The position numbers were made by a program, and so were the translations under genes. Positions 1 through 8,734 of a stretch of 14,863 bases of DNA are shown in pieces. This DNA comes from Campylobacterota bacterium. GTDB lineage: Bacteria > Campylobacterota > Campylobacteria > Campylobacterales > Arcobacteraceae. The stretch is taken from the NCBI GenBank assembly GCA_051746405.1, contig JBNJFB010000054.1, forward strand, positions 1 through 14,863. The letters run 5' to 3'. The stretch's first letter is position 1. The number at the start of each line of letters is the position of its first letter. The notes beneath the pieces are model-generated. The model searched no databases, had not been told where the DNA came from, and saw only the letters and a program-made list of their open reading frames with translations.

Positions 1-3000
1 TTTCCCACCTGTTTATTATCTCTAAAGCTTCATCAAACTCATACTCATTTACTAGTTTTTTAAACTCTTTTATCTCATTTTTATCTACAATATTTTCTAC
101 ATTATACAATAATTGTTCTAATTTCTTTTCATCAACAACAAAGCTGCCTTCTAATGACTTCTTAACTCTATTTAAAAGTGTTTGTAGCTCTTGCTTTGAA
201 ATTTTTGTTTGCTCTTTTTGTGTCTTATTTAAATCCATTGTTTCAAGTTTATGTTTTAGTTTTTCTATCTCTTCTTTTAAGCTATCAATACTTGATTTTG
301 GTACAGCTTCCTTTCTTTTATAGTAGCTATCTATTTGCTTTGATATTTCATAGAGTCTTTGAGCACCTATATTTCCACTTACACCTTTTAGGGAGTGTAT
401 CAACTCATGTGCATTTTTTTCACTATCTTCTATACTTTTTACTACATCTTTAAACTCACCTATTTCTAGTTGATTTTGAAACTTCTTTAAAATAGCATCT
501 TTTTTATCTTCACTACTTACTCTATTTTCTAAAAACTCTTCATCTAATACCTCTATTTCTTTACTCTTTGCATCTGTATTGTTGTTGATAAGAGGTACTT
601 TACAGTATTTAGATATTATTTCATAAAGCCTGTCACTATTGATTGGTTTACCTAAATGCTCATTCATTCCTGCATCTAATGCTTTTTGCTTATCTTCTAT
701 CATAGCAGCTGCTGTTAGGGCTATGATTGGTATTTTTTTATCATAAGCTCTTATCTCTTTTGTGGCTTCATAGCCACTTTTTATTGGCATTTGTAAGTCC
801 ATTAGTATTACTTGATATTTATCTTTATTTGCTAAAAACTTATCAACTCCCTCTTTTCCATTTGATGCTATATCAACATTAACTTTAGTTTTTTCTAGCA
901 TCATTTTTACTACTTCTTGGTTTATCTCATTATCTTCTACTACTAAAATATCTATATCTTTAAAGCTTATACTATCTTGTTTACTCTTTTTTTTCTGTTT
1001 TAACTCTTGATTGCTATATGTTGTATTAAACTCAAACGAAAAAGTTGTTCCACTTCCTAATTTACTATCTACTTCTATTTGCGAACCAAATGCTTCAACA
1101 ATATTTTTTGAAATAACAAGCCCAAGACCTGTACCTCCATACTGTCTAGTAGTTGATGTATCAGCTTGAGTAAATGGCTTAAATATTTTTAAAACTTGCT
1201 TCTTACTCATTCCTATTCCACTATCAACAACACTTATTTTAAGCCTGATTGTTTTATCTTTTTCATTTTTTTCAAGCACATCAATATTAAGCTGCACATA
1301 GCCTTCTTTAGTAAACTTAATTGCATTTGATAGAAGATTATTAAGCACTTGCACAAGTCGTAGCTCATCACTTATAATAGCAAGGGGTAAATCTCTGCTT
1401 TTTTTGATTGTAAAATCAATACCTTTTTGTTTAGCTTTATATTCAAATATTGTATTAAGTTTATTAATAATACTATTGATATTAAACTTATGGTGTTCAA
1501 GTTCAAACATACCTGCCTCAATTTTAGAGTAATCAAGTATATCATTTATAATACCCAATAGCATTTCTGATGAGCTATTGATTTTATTTAATATCTCTTT
1601 TTGTTTTTTATTTTCTACTATATCACTAAGCATCTGTCCAAGACCTATAATAGCATTCATAGGAGTTCTTATCTCATGACTCATATTTGCTAAAAACTCT
1701 GATTTTGCTTTATTTGCTTCTTCAGCTGCTTTTTTTGCTTTTAGTAACTCCAACTGCGAAAGCTTTTGGCTTGTGATATCTTGTACTGTTCCACTTGATT
1801 TTATACCATTTCCATGAGCATCAAACGAAGTTTCACAATGCTCTTTTACATACTTAATAGTACAATCATTTATTAAAAGACGATGCTCTATACTATAAGC
1901 TTCTTTTGATTTTAAAGAGTTTTCATATGCCTCTTTGACCTTTTGTCTATCATCTGGATGAATTGCTTTTAAAAATGCCCCATAACTTGGCTTAAAACTT
2001 TTTTTATTCACTTCAAAGATATTATATATCTCATCAGACCAAAAGAGTTTATCTGTATTTAAATCTAACTCCCAGTTTCCTATTTTAGATACTTTTTGAG
2101 CATTATTTAACTCATCATTTAGTAGTTGTGCCTCTTTTTTACTTATAAGCTCTCTGTAAATAAAGCTAAGTCCAACCCCAAAAGAGAATACCAAAACTAA
2201 AAAAGTATATAGTGTATTTTGACTTTTATTTTTTATATAAGGATGAGTTTTACCAACTGCAATTACTCCCACTGATTTTAATGTAATAGGATTAACAAGT
2301 GGTATAAAAGTTGTAATCTCTTCTTCATTACATAAATAGAAACTAAAAGCCTCTACACCTTTAGCTTTTTCATTAATCTGCTTAATTTGTTCTTTATTCT
2401 TTTGGCATAAACCAAGATTTACATGATTTATATTTGATTTTTCCTCTATAGATTTCTCCACATAAAAATCTTCTAAACCACTTTTTGAGTAGTTTTGCAT
2501 CTCATCTTTCATAAGCTTTTTTTCTACTACATCTTTTTTTATAAAAAGTCCACCTCTATACTCAAAGTTTTCCATTAGCTCTTCTATTAAGTATGAAGCA
2601 GAAAAAGAGACCTCAACACTTCCTAAATAGATTTCATCTTTAAACAATGGATAAACATACCTAAAGCCATTGTAAATAGCGCCCTCTTCAAATCCATCTA
2701 TTTTTTTCTTATGTTTATTTACATAAGCAACTGTTTGCCTTATATCACTTAAATCATCCCCATACTTTTGAGGTCTATGCATTCTTAAAAAAGAGTGGTT
2801 TTCAGGAGTGTGAAAATGAAGCTGCTTTAAGTTGTACTTTTCAAACATCTCATAAGTATCTTTTATATACTCATAAAGCTTTTTTCTTGATTCATCTTTA
2901 TTTTCAATTGATAGTATTCTTTTCACTTCATTGGTATCTATTTTTGCATGAAAAATAACCGAAGCCAAATCCTCAAACTTATCATAAAACTGATTATATA

Positions 3001-4123
3001 TTTTACTGTTTTCACTTGTAGTATTTTTTAGAAACTGTTCTATTTTTGATTTTTTTTCATACTCTAAAAAAAAGTACAAAAACCCTAAGAAAAACAGAAA
3101 AAACACCCCAGTAAAAATTGTAATTTTAATATTATATCTATAGTCATTAATTTTTTTTACAAACTTATCTTTATCTAGCAAAAATATAAAAATACTGCTT
3201 AAAAGCAAAAAGAAAAGCAGTCCATATAGAGTATGAAGAGTTCTAATAGAGTTTATATCACTACTTGAGACTCCATCATTGGCTAAAACTATCATGTAAC
3301 CTATTGGCATATCCTTATCACTAAAAATCTTACTAACTACAAAAATCTTATTTTCTCCATACTTATGATAAAGATTTTTATCTAATAACTTTTTGATATC
3401 TTGCTTTCTTAAAATATCTAAGATATAGTTATTTGGTTGGAAATTTGCCACATAATAACCATCAATAAAAGTTTTAGATATACTATTTTTTGCTAGTTGT
3501 TTTTGATACTTCTTATCTACTATTACAATTGAGTCGTACCCTTTTGATGCAAGTTTTTTTTCTATGGAATTAAAGTGAGATATCACCTCAAATACTCCTA
3601 AAAACTCATCTTTATGAAAAATTGGAACCATCGATTTAAATGAGATTGAAAACTTTCCTACACTAATACTTGTACGTATTTTCTTATCTTTAAACATAAC
3701 TTTTACATCACGCCTAAGAGAGTATAAATCATCACCTTTTTTATCACTCCAACTTCTAGTAAAACTCTTTCCCTCTTTATCAATAATCTGAAGCCATATA
3801 TTTTGAAAAACTGTATTTTGCTTATACTCTTTAGAGATATCTTTTAAATCTACAGTGGATGAGTTTTTGTTTATAAGTGCATTTTTAAAAATATCATTTG
3901 ATGCTAAAGATATTGCCATAGCTAAAGTTGCATCTTTTTTCTCTAAAATCAAAGTAGACATTTCAGAGTGAATCTTATTGCTAGCACTAACTCTCTTTTC
4001 TTCTTTGTACGTTTCAATCTTTGATTGAATACTACTATTAGTCATATAGCCTATTATTATAATACTTACAAAATACGCCACTAGAAGGGTTTGATTAAAT
4101 CTATTTTTAAACAACTTTTTCAT
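1..4123 (-). CDS. Membrane-bound hybrid sensor histidine kinase (TM-Cache-TM-TM-Cache-TM-PAS-HisKA-HATPase-REC-HPt), >=1374 aa; stop codon lies outside the window
   Basis: Not in the ORF track because it has no stop in the window. Manual translation from ATG at 4123 gives MKKLFKNRFNQTLLVAYFVSIIIIGY...; the frame matches the ...EYEFDEALEIINRWE end at positions 4-2. Motifs: Cache-like IWLQIIDKEGKSFTRSWSDKKGDDL and LHFHTPENHSFLRMHRPQKYGDDLSDIR; PAS IGNWELDL..WSDEIY..IHPDDR; H-box EFLANMSHEIRTPMNAIIG; G-box YGGTGLGL; REC VVEDNEINQEV..LMDLQMP..KP; HPt HELIHSLKGVSGNIGA. The paralog ends ...NGWKI*, so the stop is probably within a few codons of the edge. Confidence 0.93.
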   Translation of the reverse strand, partial: MKKLFKNRFNQTLLVAYFVSIIIIGYMTNSSIQSKIETYKEEKRVSASNKIHSEMSTLILEKKDATLAMAISLASNDIFKNALINKNSSTVDLKDISKEYKQNTVFQNIWLQIIDKEGKSFTRSWSDKKGDDLYSLRRDVKVMFKDKKIRTSISVGKFSISFKSMVPIFHKDEFLGVFEVISHFNSIEKKLASKGYDSIVIVDKKYQKQLAKNSISKTFIDGYYVANFQPNNYILDILRKQDIKKLLDKNLYHKYGENKIFVVSKIFSDKDMPIGYMIVLANDGVSSSDINSIRTLHTLYGLLFFLLLSSIFIFLLDKDKFVKKINDYRYNIKITIFTGVFFLFFLGFLYFFLEYEKKSKIEQFLKNTTSENSKIYNQFYDKFEDLASVIFHAKIDTNEVKRILSIENKDESRKKLYEYIKDTYEMFEKYNLKQLHFHTPENHSFLRMHRPQKYGDDLSDIRQTVAYVNKHKKKIDGFEEGAIYNGFRYVYPLFKDEIYLGSVEVSFSASYLIEELMENFEYRGGLFIKKDVVEKKLMKDEMQNYSKSGLEDFYVEKSIEEKSNINHVNLGLCQKNKEQIKQINEKAKGVEAFSFYLCNEEEITTFIPLVNPITLKSVGVIAVGKTHPYIKNKSQNTLYTFLVLVFSFGVGLSFIYRELISKKEAQLLNDELNNAQKVSKIGNWELDLNTDKLFWSDEIYNIFEVNKKSFKPSYGAFLKAIHPDDRQKVKEAYENSLKSKEAYSIEHRLLINDCTIKYVKEHCETSFDAHGNGIKSSGTVQDITSQKLSQLELLKAKKAAEEANKAKSEFLANMSHEIRTPMNAIIGLGQMLSDIVENKKQKEILNKINSSSEMLLGIINDILDYSKIEAGMFELEHHKFNINSIINKLNTIFEYKAKQKGIDFTIKKSRDLPLAIISDELRLVQVLNNLLSNAIKFTKEGYVQLNIDVLEKNEKDKTIRLKISVVDSGIGMSKKQVLKIFKPFTQADTSTTRQYGGTGLGLVISKNIVEAFGSQIEVDSKLGSGTTFSFEFNTTYSNQELKQKKKSKQDSISFKDIDILVVEDNEINQEVVKMMLEKTKVNVDIASNGKEGVDKFLANKDKYQVILMDLQMPIKSGYEATKEIRAYDKKIPIIALTAAAMIEDKQKALDAGMNEHLGKPINSDRLYEIISKYCKVPLINNNTDAKSKEIEVLDEEFLENRVSSEDKKDAILKKFQNQLEIGEFKDVVKSIEDSEKNAHELIHSLKGVSGNIGAQRLYEISKQIDSYYKRKEAVPKSSIDSLKEEIEKLKHKLETMDLNKTQKEQTKISKQELQTLLNRVKKSLEGSFVVDEKKLEQLLYNVENIVDKNEIKEFKKLVNEYEFDEALEIINRWE
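181..546. repeat. Direct repeat copy 1 (HPt-coding block), paired with 5461-5826
   Basis: Ungapped by-eye alignment at offset 5280 shows about 16 mismatches in 366 bp; 240-337 is identical to 5520-5617. Confidence 0.95.
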
Positions 4124-5279
4124 ACTCTAATTCACTTTTATTTTGAGCTTTTATATATACAGTAAAACATGCACCCTTATATAACTTATCTTGTTTATTT
4201 GAAACATCTAATGTCCCATCAAAATGGTTTTGTAAAATCACCCTACTCATATATAGACCAAGCCCTGTACCTTGACTTTTATGTTTTGTTGTAAAATAAG
4301 GGTCAAATACTTTTAGCTTAATATCTGATGGTACCCCATTTGCATTATCTAATACATTTATAATAATATCTTCATCAACTATTTTCAAAGAGATTAAAAC
4401 TTTCCTATTATCTATATTTTCTAAGTTCAAAAAAGCATCTTTTGCATTAGATAAAAGATTTAATATAACTTGAGAAAGTAGATTTTTACTTCCAAAATAG
4501 TTTATATCTTCTTGTAAATCCAACTTCAAATCTATATGATTATTTTTATATGTAGCTTTTAAAATATCAACTGTATCTAAAATTGCATCATTTATAAGAA
4601 ACTTTTTATTAGGCTGATCTTTTTGAAAGAAATTACGAAAATTATCTATTGTTTTAGATAAAAAGTCTGCACTTTGCAAAATCACATCATTTGTATTTTC
4701 TATATCACCATCTTGTATCATCCCACAATCATTTTTAAGTTTTAAACCACTCATTGTAGTAGTAATAACACTTAAAGGCTGTCTCCATTGATGTGCTATA
4801 TTTCCTATCATCTCACCAAGTGCAGCTAACCTAGCTTGTTGTTGTAGTAATACATCTTTTTGTCTACTCTTTTCAAGCTCCTCTTGAAGCTGTTTAGTTT
4901 GTAAAGAGAAACTAAGATGAGTTTTAACCCTTGATTTTACGGTTATAGGGTTAAAAGGTTTTGTTATATAATCAACCGCACCTAACTCAAAACCTTTTTG
5001 CTCATCTTTTGCACTTGTATTTGCTGTAACAAATATAATAGGAATCTGTTTAGTTTTAGAATCATTTTGTAAAACTGTACAAACTTCATAACCATCTAAT
5101 TTTGGCATCACTATATCAAGAAGTATTAAATCAATATCACCTTTTGCTATAATATCAAGTGCTTTTTTACCATTTTTTGCGATTTTTATTTGGTAATCAT
5201 CTTGTAACATATCACTAAGAAACATCAAGTTTTCTTGCATATCATCTACTATTAATACTATTGGTTTGTCATTTTTCAT
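4107..5279 (-). CDS. REC-HisKA-HATPase hybrid (N-terminal receiver fused to a soluble histidine kinase)
   Basis: Receiver motifs LIVDD..LILLDIVMP..FVTA..YITKPF; H-box IAHQWRQP; N-box NLLSNAKDA; G-boxes DNANG, FDPYFTTK, GTGLGL; no TM segment. Preferred start is ATG 5279 (ATGA overlap with the upstream stop, GGA-rich RBS); the track start at 5288 is an alternative. Its 3' end overlaps the next gene's start by 17 nt. Confidence 0.93.
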   Translation of the reverse strand: MKNDKPIVLIVDDMQENLMFLSDMLQDDYQIKIAKNGKKALDIIAKGDIDLILLDIVMPKLDGYEVCTVLQNDSKTKQIPIIFVTANTSAKDEQKGFELGAVDYITKPFNPITVKSRVKTHLSFSLQTKQLQEELEKSRQKDVLLQQQARLAALGEMIGNIAHQWRQPLSVITTTMSGLKLKNDCGMIQDGDIENTNDVILQSADFLSKTIDNFRNFFQKDQPNKKFLINDAILDTVDILKATYKNNHIDLKLDLQEDINYFGSKNLLSQVILNLLSNAKDAFLNLENIDNRKVLISLKIVDEDIIINVLDNANGVPSDIKLKVFDPYFTTKHKSQGTGLGLYMSRVILQNHFDGTLDVSNKQDKLYKGACFTVYIKAQNKSELEYEKVV

Positions 5280-8200
5280 ATCTTCCATCCATTCATCACC
5301 TCTAAAGCCTTATCAAACTCATACTCAAGAACCAACCTCTCAAACTCTTCTAACTGTTTTTTTGATACTTTTTTATTTAGATTATAGGTGAGTATCTCAA
5401 GCTCTTTTTCATCTACTATTGTGCTATTTTCTAATTGCTCTTTTATTTTATCAAGCAAGCTTTGTAGCTCTTGTTTTGAAATTTTTGTCTGCTCTTTTTG
5501 TGTCTTATTTAAATCCATAGTTTCAAGTTTATGTTTTAGTTTTTCTATCTCTTCTTTTAAGCTATCAATACTTGATTTTGGTACAGCTTCCTTTCTTTTA
5601 TAGTAGCTATCTATTTGTTTTGATATCTCATAGAGTCTTTTAGCTCCTATATTCCCACTTACACCTTTTAGGGAGTGTATCAACTCATGTGCATTTTTTT
5701 CACTCTCTTCTATACTTTTTACTATATCTTTAAACTCACCTATTTCTAGTTGGTTTTCAAACTTCTTTAAAATAGCATCTTTCTTATCTTCACTACTTAC
5801 TCTTTCATCTAAAAACTCTTCATCTAGTATCATACTATTTTGTTGTCTATCTTTTTTATCTTCATAGGTAAAATCTTTACAGTATTGTGAAAGTACTAGG
5901 TATAACTGTGATGTATCTATTGGTTTACTTAAGTGTTCATTCATCCCTGCGTTTTGTGCTTTTTGTTTATCTTCTATCATAGCAGCTGCTGTTAGGGCTA
6001 TGATTGGTATTTTTTTATCATAAACTCTTATTTGTTTTGTGGCTTCATAGCCACTCATTATTGGCATTTGAATATCCATAAAAATCATATTATATTTATT
6101 AGGGTAAGCTTTATGCATACTAATTGCATCTTGACCATTTGATGCTATGCTTACTTCTATTCCCACTTTTTCTAGCATCATTGTTATTACTTCTTGATTA
6201 ATTTCATTATCTTCAACTACTAATACACTACAACCATCAAAAGATAATCTTTTATTTAATACTATCTCTTCTTTTTTTAATCTACTTATATCTTCATCAA
6301 CTTTATTAGCCACAATACTAAAACCAACTGTGGTACCTCTATTTACCTCACTATTGATATAAACATCTCCGCCTAAAGCCTCAACAATTTTTTGAGTAAT
6401 AACCAAGCCAAGCCCTGTTCCACCATAATTTCTAGTAGTTGATGTATCAGCTTGAGTAAAAGGTGTAAAAAGTTTTTGAAGCTGCTCTTTATTCATTCCA
6501 ATACCTGTATCTACTACTGTAAAACTCAACATCACCTGTTCTTTATTATTGCTAAGAAGTGTTTGCTCAATCTTTAGTTTTATACTACCTTGCTTAGTAA
6601 ATTTAATAGAGTTTGAAAGTATATTTATTAAAACCTGTTTAAGTCTTAGTTCATCTGTATAGATATATTTATTAGTAACATCTTTATAATCAAACTCTAA
6701 AGTCAAACCTTTATTTTTAGCACTATTTTCAAACATAATTTTCAAGGTGCTTATTAACTCATCTAAATCAAACTCTCTATACTCTAAATTAAACTTACCA
6801 GCTTCTATTTTAGAGTAATCAAGTATGTCATTTATAATTCCCAAAAGAATTTTTGAAGAGCTATTTATTTTGTCTAAAATATTTTTTTGTTTACTATTTA
6901 AACCCATATCCCCAAGAATATTACTAAGTCCTAAAACAGCATTCATAGGAGTTCTAATCTCATGACTCATATTTGCTAAAAACTCTGATTTTGCTTTATT
7001 TGCTTTTTGAGCTTTTACTTTCGCTTCTTGTAAGGCATTTTTAGCTTCAATTTGCTCAGTATTATCAAGTAAATACCCCTTTAAACTTATTACTTTTCCA
7101 TCATAAGAGTAAGTAGCAACGGTATAATCATAAAACCATCGATACTTTCCTTTACTATTTTTTAGTCTATATTGTTGCTCCCAAAAAGGTCTTTGCTGCT
7201 TGATGTACTCTTGCACTTCATTTGAAGCATCTTCTATATCATCAGGATGAATAAGTTTTGCAAACTTTATCTCTTGAGATTCAAAATCTTTTTTTGTATA
7301 CCCTAAAATTGATTTTACATTTGGAGATACATACTCAACAGGCCAATCTTCTTGTAAAATCCATACAAAAAGTAGTGTTGGACCACCAATAAACATATCC
7401 CTTTCAAGTTTAAGTTTATCACTAGAAATATCCCTAAAAAGAATAATCATATGGGTATTATCATGAACCTTATCAAGTCTTCTTGTTTGCATAGATACAG
7501 GAAGAATAGTTTTATCTTTTTTGATAAAAGTCTCTTCACAAGTACTTTCAATCTGTCCTTTTAAAAACTGATATACACTACAATCAACTGTTTGAATTAA
7601 CTTATTCTCTTTTACACAGTTTACAAAAGATTCATTACCATCAATATCTAAAGAACAACCAAAAAGATCAGTTATACTAAGTCCCACAAGCTCCTTTTTT
7701 GTATAACCTAACAAGTTTACAGCTTCATTGTTTGTTTTTACAATAAACCCTTTTTCATTAAGTACCATCATTCCCTCAGGTAAATGATCCGCAATAAGCT
7801 CAAGCTCACCATTTTTTAGCTCTAACTCTTTTTTATACTCTTTTAGACTATCAAACCATTGGTTATAGTACATAGACACAAGCTCTTTTTGAGTAACTAT
7901 TCCAACTATTTTACCCTCATCTTCTATAACCAAACGTTTAAACTTTTTCTTTTGTAAAAACTCTAATGCATGGTGAATAGTCATATTAACTTTAATTGAG
8001 TCTATAGGAGTTGACATTAAATCTTTTACTTTTGTTTTTGGATTTATATTATTATCAAGTATTTTTATAATATCTTTTTGAGTTACTATTCCCACGGCAT
8101 TATTATGTTCATAAACTATTGCTACACTCTGTTTTTTCTTTACCATTTTTGTAAGTAAGTTTTCAAAATCACAAAAAGTTTGAACAGATAATATTTTTGA

Positions 8201-8614
8201 ACGATATACAAGTTCACTAAGAGTTTGAGTTTTTGCCAATGCAGAGGGGTCTAAACTTTGGGAGATATCACTATAACTTACTATTCCACATAAATTATCA
8301 TTGTCATCAACTAAACAGATATACTCCTCTTTTTCACTTGCTTCTTTTATAGCATCTGCAACATTTTTTTCTTGGTGCATTTTTTTTACTAAAGGAAGTT
8401 CAAGTTCACTCAACAAGGTGTCATAAGAGATATTATAAAGTCTTATCTCTAAAAGTTTTTCTGATAATAGAATTTTTAATCCTAAAGCACCCTTAACAAT
8501 AATATCTCTTATATTATGCTCTTCCATAATATGTACAGCTTCTTTTATACTACATGACTCTTGCAATAAAACTACATTTTTTGTAGAGATTGATTTAAGC
8601 TTTGGATAAAACAC
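5276..8614 (-). CDS. Cytoplasmic hybrid sensor histidine kinase (4xCBS-PAS-PAS-HisKA-HATPase-REC-HPt)
   Basis: CBS motifs GIVSYSD, GIVTQKD, GIVTQKE; PAS motifs IADHLPEGMMVLNEKG and YVSPNVKSILGY..IHPDD; H-box FLANMSHEIRTPMN; REC and HPt (IHSLKGVSGNIGA); no TM. Start re-assigned to GTG 8614, in frame with the track's TTG 8665, because AAGGA lies 5 nt upstream of it and a TATAAT lies at 8668-8673. Confidence 0.93.
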   Translation of the reverse strand: MFYPKLKSISTKNVVLLQESCSIKEAVHIMEEHNIRDIIVKGALGLKILLSEKLLEIRLYNISYDTLLSELELPLVKKMHQEKNVADAIKEASEKEEYICLVDDNDNLCGIVSYSDISQSLDPSALAKTQTLSELVYRSKILSVQTFCDFENLLTKMVKKKQSVAIVYEHNNAVGIVTQKDIIKILDNNINPKTKVKDLMSTPIDSIKVNMTIHHALEFLQKKKFKRLVIEDEGKIVGIVTQKELVSMYYNQWFDSLKEYKKELELKNGELELIADHLPEGMMVLNEKGFIVKTNNEAVNLLGYTKKELVGLSITDLFGCSLDIDGNESFVNCVKENKLIQTVDCSVYQFLKGQIESTCEETFIKKDKTILPVSMQTRRLDKVHDNTHMIILFRDISSDKLKLERDMFIGGPTLLFVWILQEDWPVEYVSPNVKSILGYTKKDFESQEIKFAKLIHPDDIEDASNEVQEYIKQQRPFWEQQYRLKNSKGKYRWFYDYTVATYSYDGKVISLKGYLLDNTEQIEAKNALQEAKVKAQKANKAKSEFLANMSHEIRTPMNAVLGLSNILGDMGLNSKQKNILDKINSSSKILLGIINDILDYSKIEAGKFNLEYREFDLDELISTLKIMFENSAKNKGLTLEFDYKDVTNKYIYTDELRLKQVLINILSNSIKFTKQGSIKLKIEQTLLSNNKEQVMLSFTVVDTGIGMNKEQLQKLFTPFTQADTSTTRNYGGTGLGLVITQKIVEALGGDVYINSEVNRGTTVGFSIVANKVDEDISRLKKEEIVLNKRLSFDGCSVLVVEDNEINQEVITMMLEKVGIEVSIASNGQDAISMHKAYPNKYNMIFMDIQMPIMSGYEATKQIRVYDKKIPIIALTAAAMIEDKQKAQNAGMNEHLSKPIDTSQLYLVLSQYCKDFTYEDKKDRQQNSMILDEEFLDERVSSEDKKDAILKKFENQLEIGEFKDIVKSIEESEKNAHELIHSLKGVSGNIGAKRLYEISKQIDSYYKRKEAVPKSSIDSLKEEIEKLKHKLETMDLNKTQKEQTKISKQELQSLLDKIKEQLENSTIVDEKELEILTYNLNKKVSKKQLEEFERLVLEYEFDKALEVMNGWKI
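5461..5826. repeat. Direct repeat copy 2 (HPt-coding block), paired with 181-546
   Basis: Same alignment as copy 1, about 96% identity, codon-aligned. Confidence 0.95.
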
Positions 8615-8667
8615 ACCTATCCTTTTAATATCTAATACCTTTAGATTATTTTTTAAAATATACAAAT

Positions 8668-8696
8668 ATTATAGCTAAATTAGTTTTGATAAGTAA
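8668..8696 (-). promoter_or_regulatory. Probable sigma70 promoter for the kinase operon
   Basis: Minus strand reads TTACTT (8696-8691), 17 nt, TATAAT (8673-8668), about 50 nt upstream of GTG 8614. Confidence 0.55.
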
Positions 8697-8700
8697 TAAT

Positions 8701-8732
8701 AAAGTAAGAAAAAAGCTTGTTGCTTTTCTCTT
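8701..8732 (-). terminator. Probable intrinsic terminator after the ppk2 pair
   Basis: Minus-strand hairpin AAGAGAAAAGC-AACAA-GCTTTTTTCTT followed by a T-rich tail, starting immediately after the stop at 8735. The stem is AU-rich, so probably weak. Confidence 0.55.
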
Positions 8733-8734
8733 TA

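Noticed and set aside
178..453. Hydrophobic plus-strand 91-aa ORF, and 5388-5603
   Set aside because: Antisense shadows of Lys/Glu-rich kinase coding sequence. The near-identical repeat copies do not yield the same ORF, and no RBS is evident.
987..3072. A/T homopolymer runs of about 8 nt in the Cache kinase as phase-variation tracts
   Set aside because: Expected at this AT content; the frame is intact and no long poly-G/C tracts are present.
8615..8665. Track start TTG 8665 for the CBS kinase
   Set aside because: It lies 2 nt from the -10 box with no RBS; GTG 8614 has AAGGA at suitable spacing.
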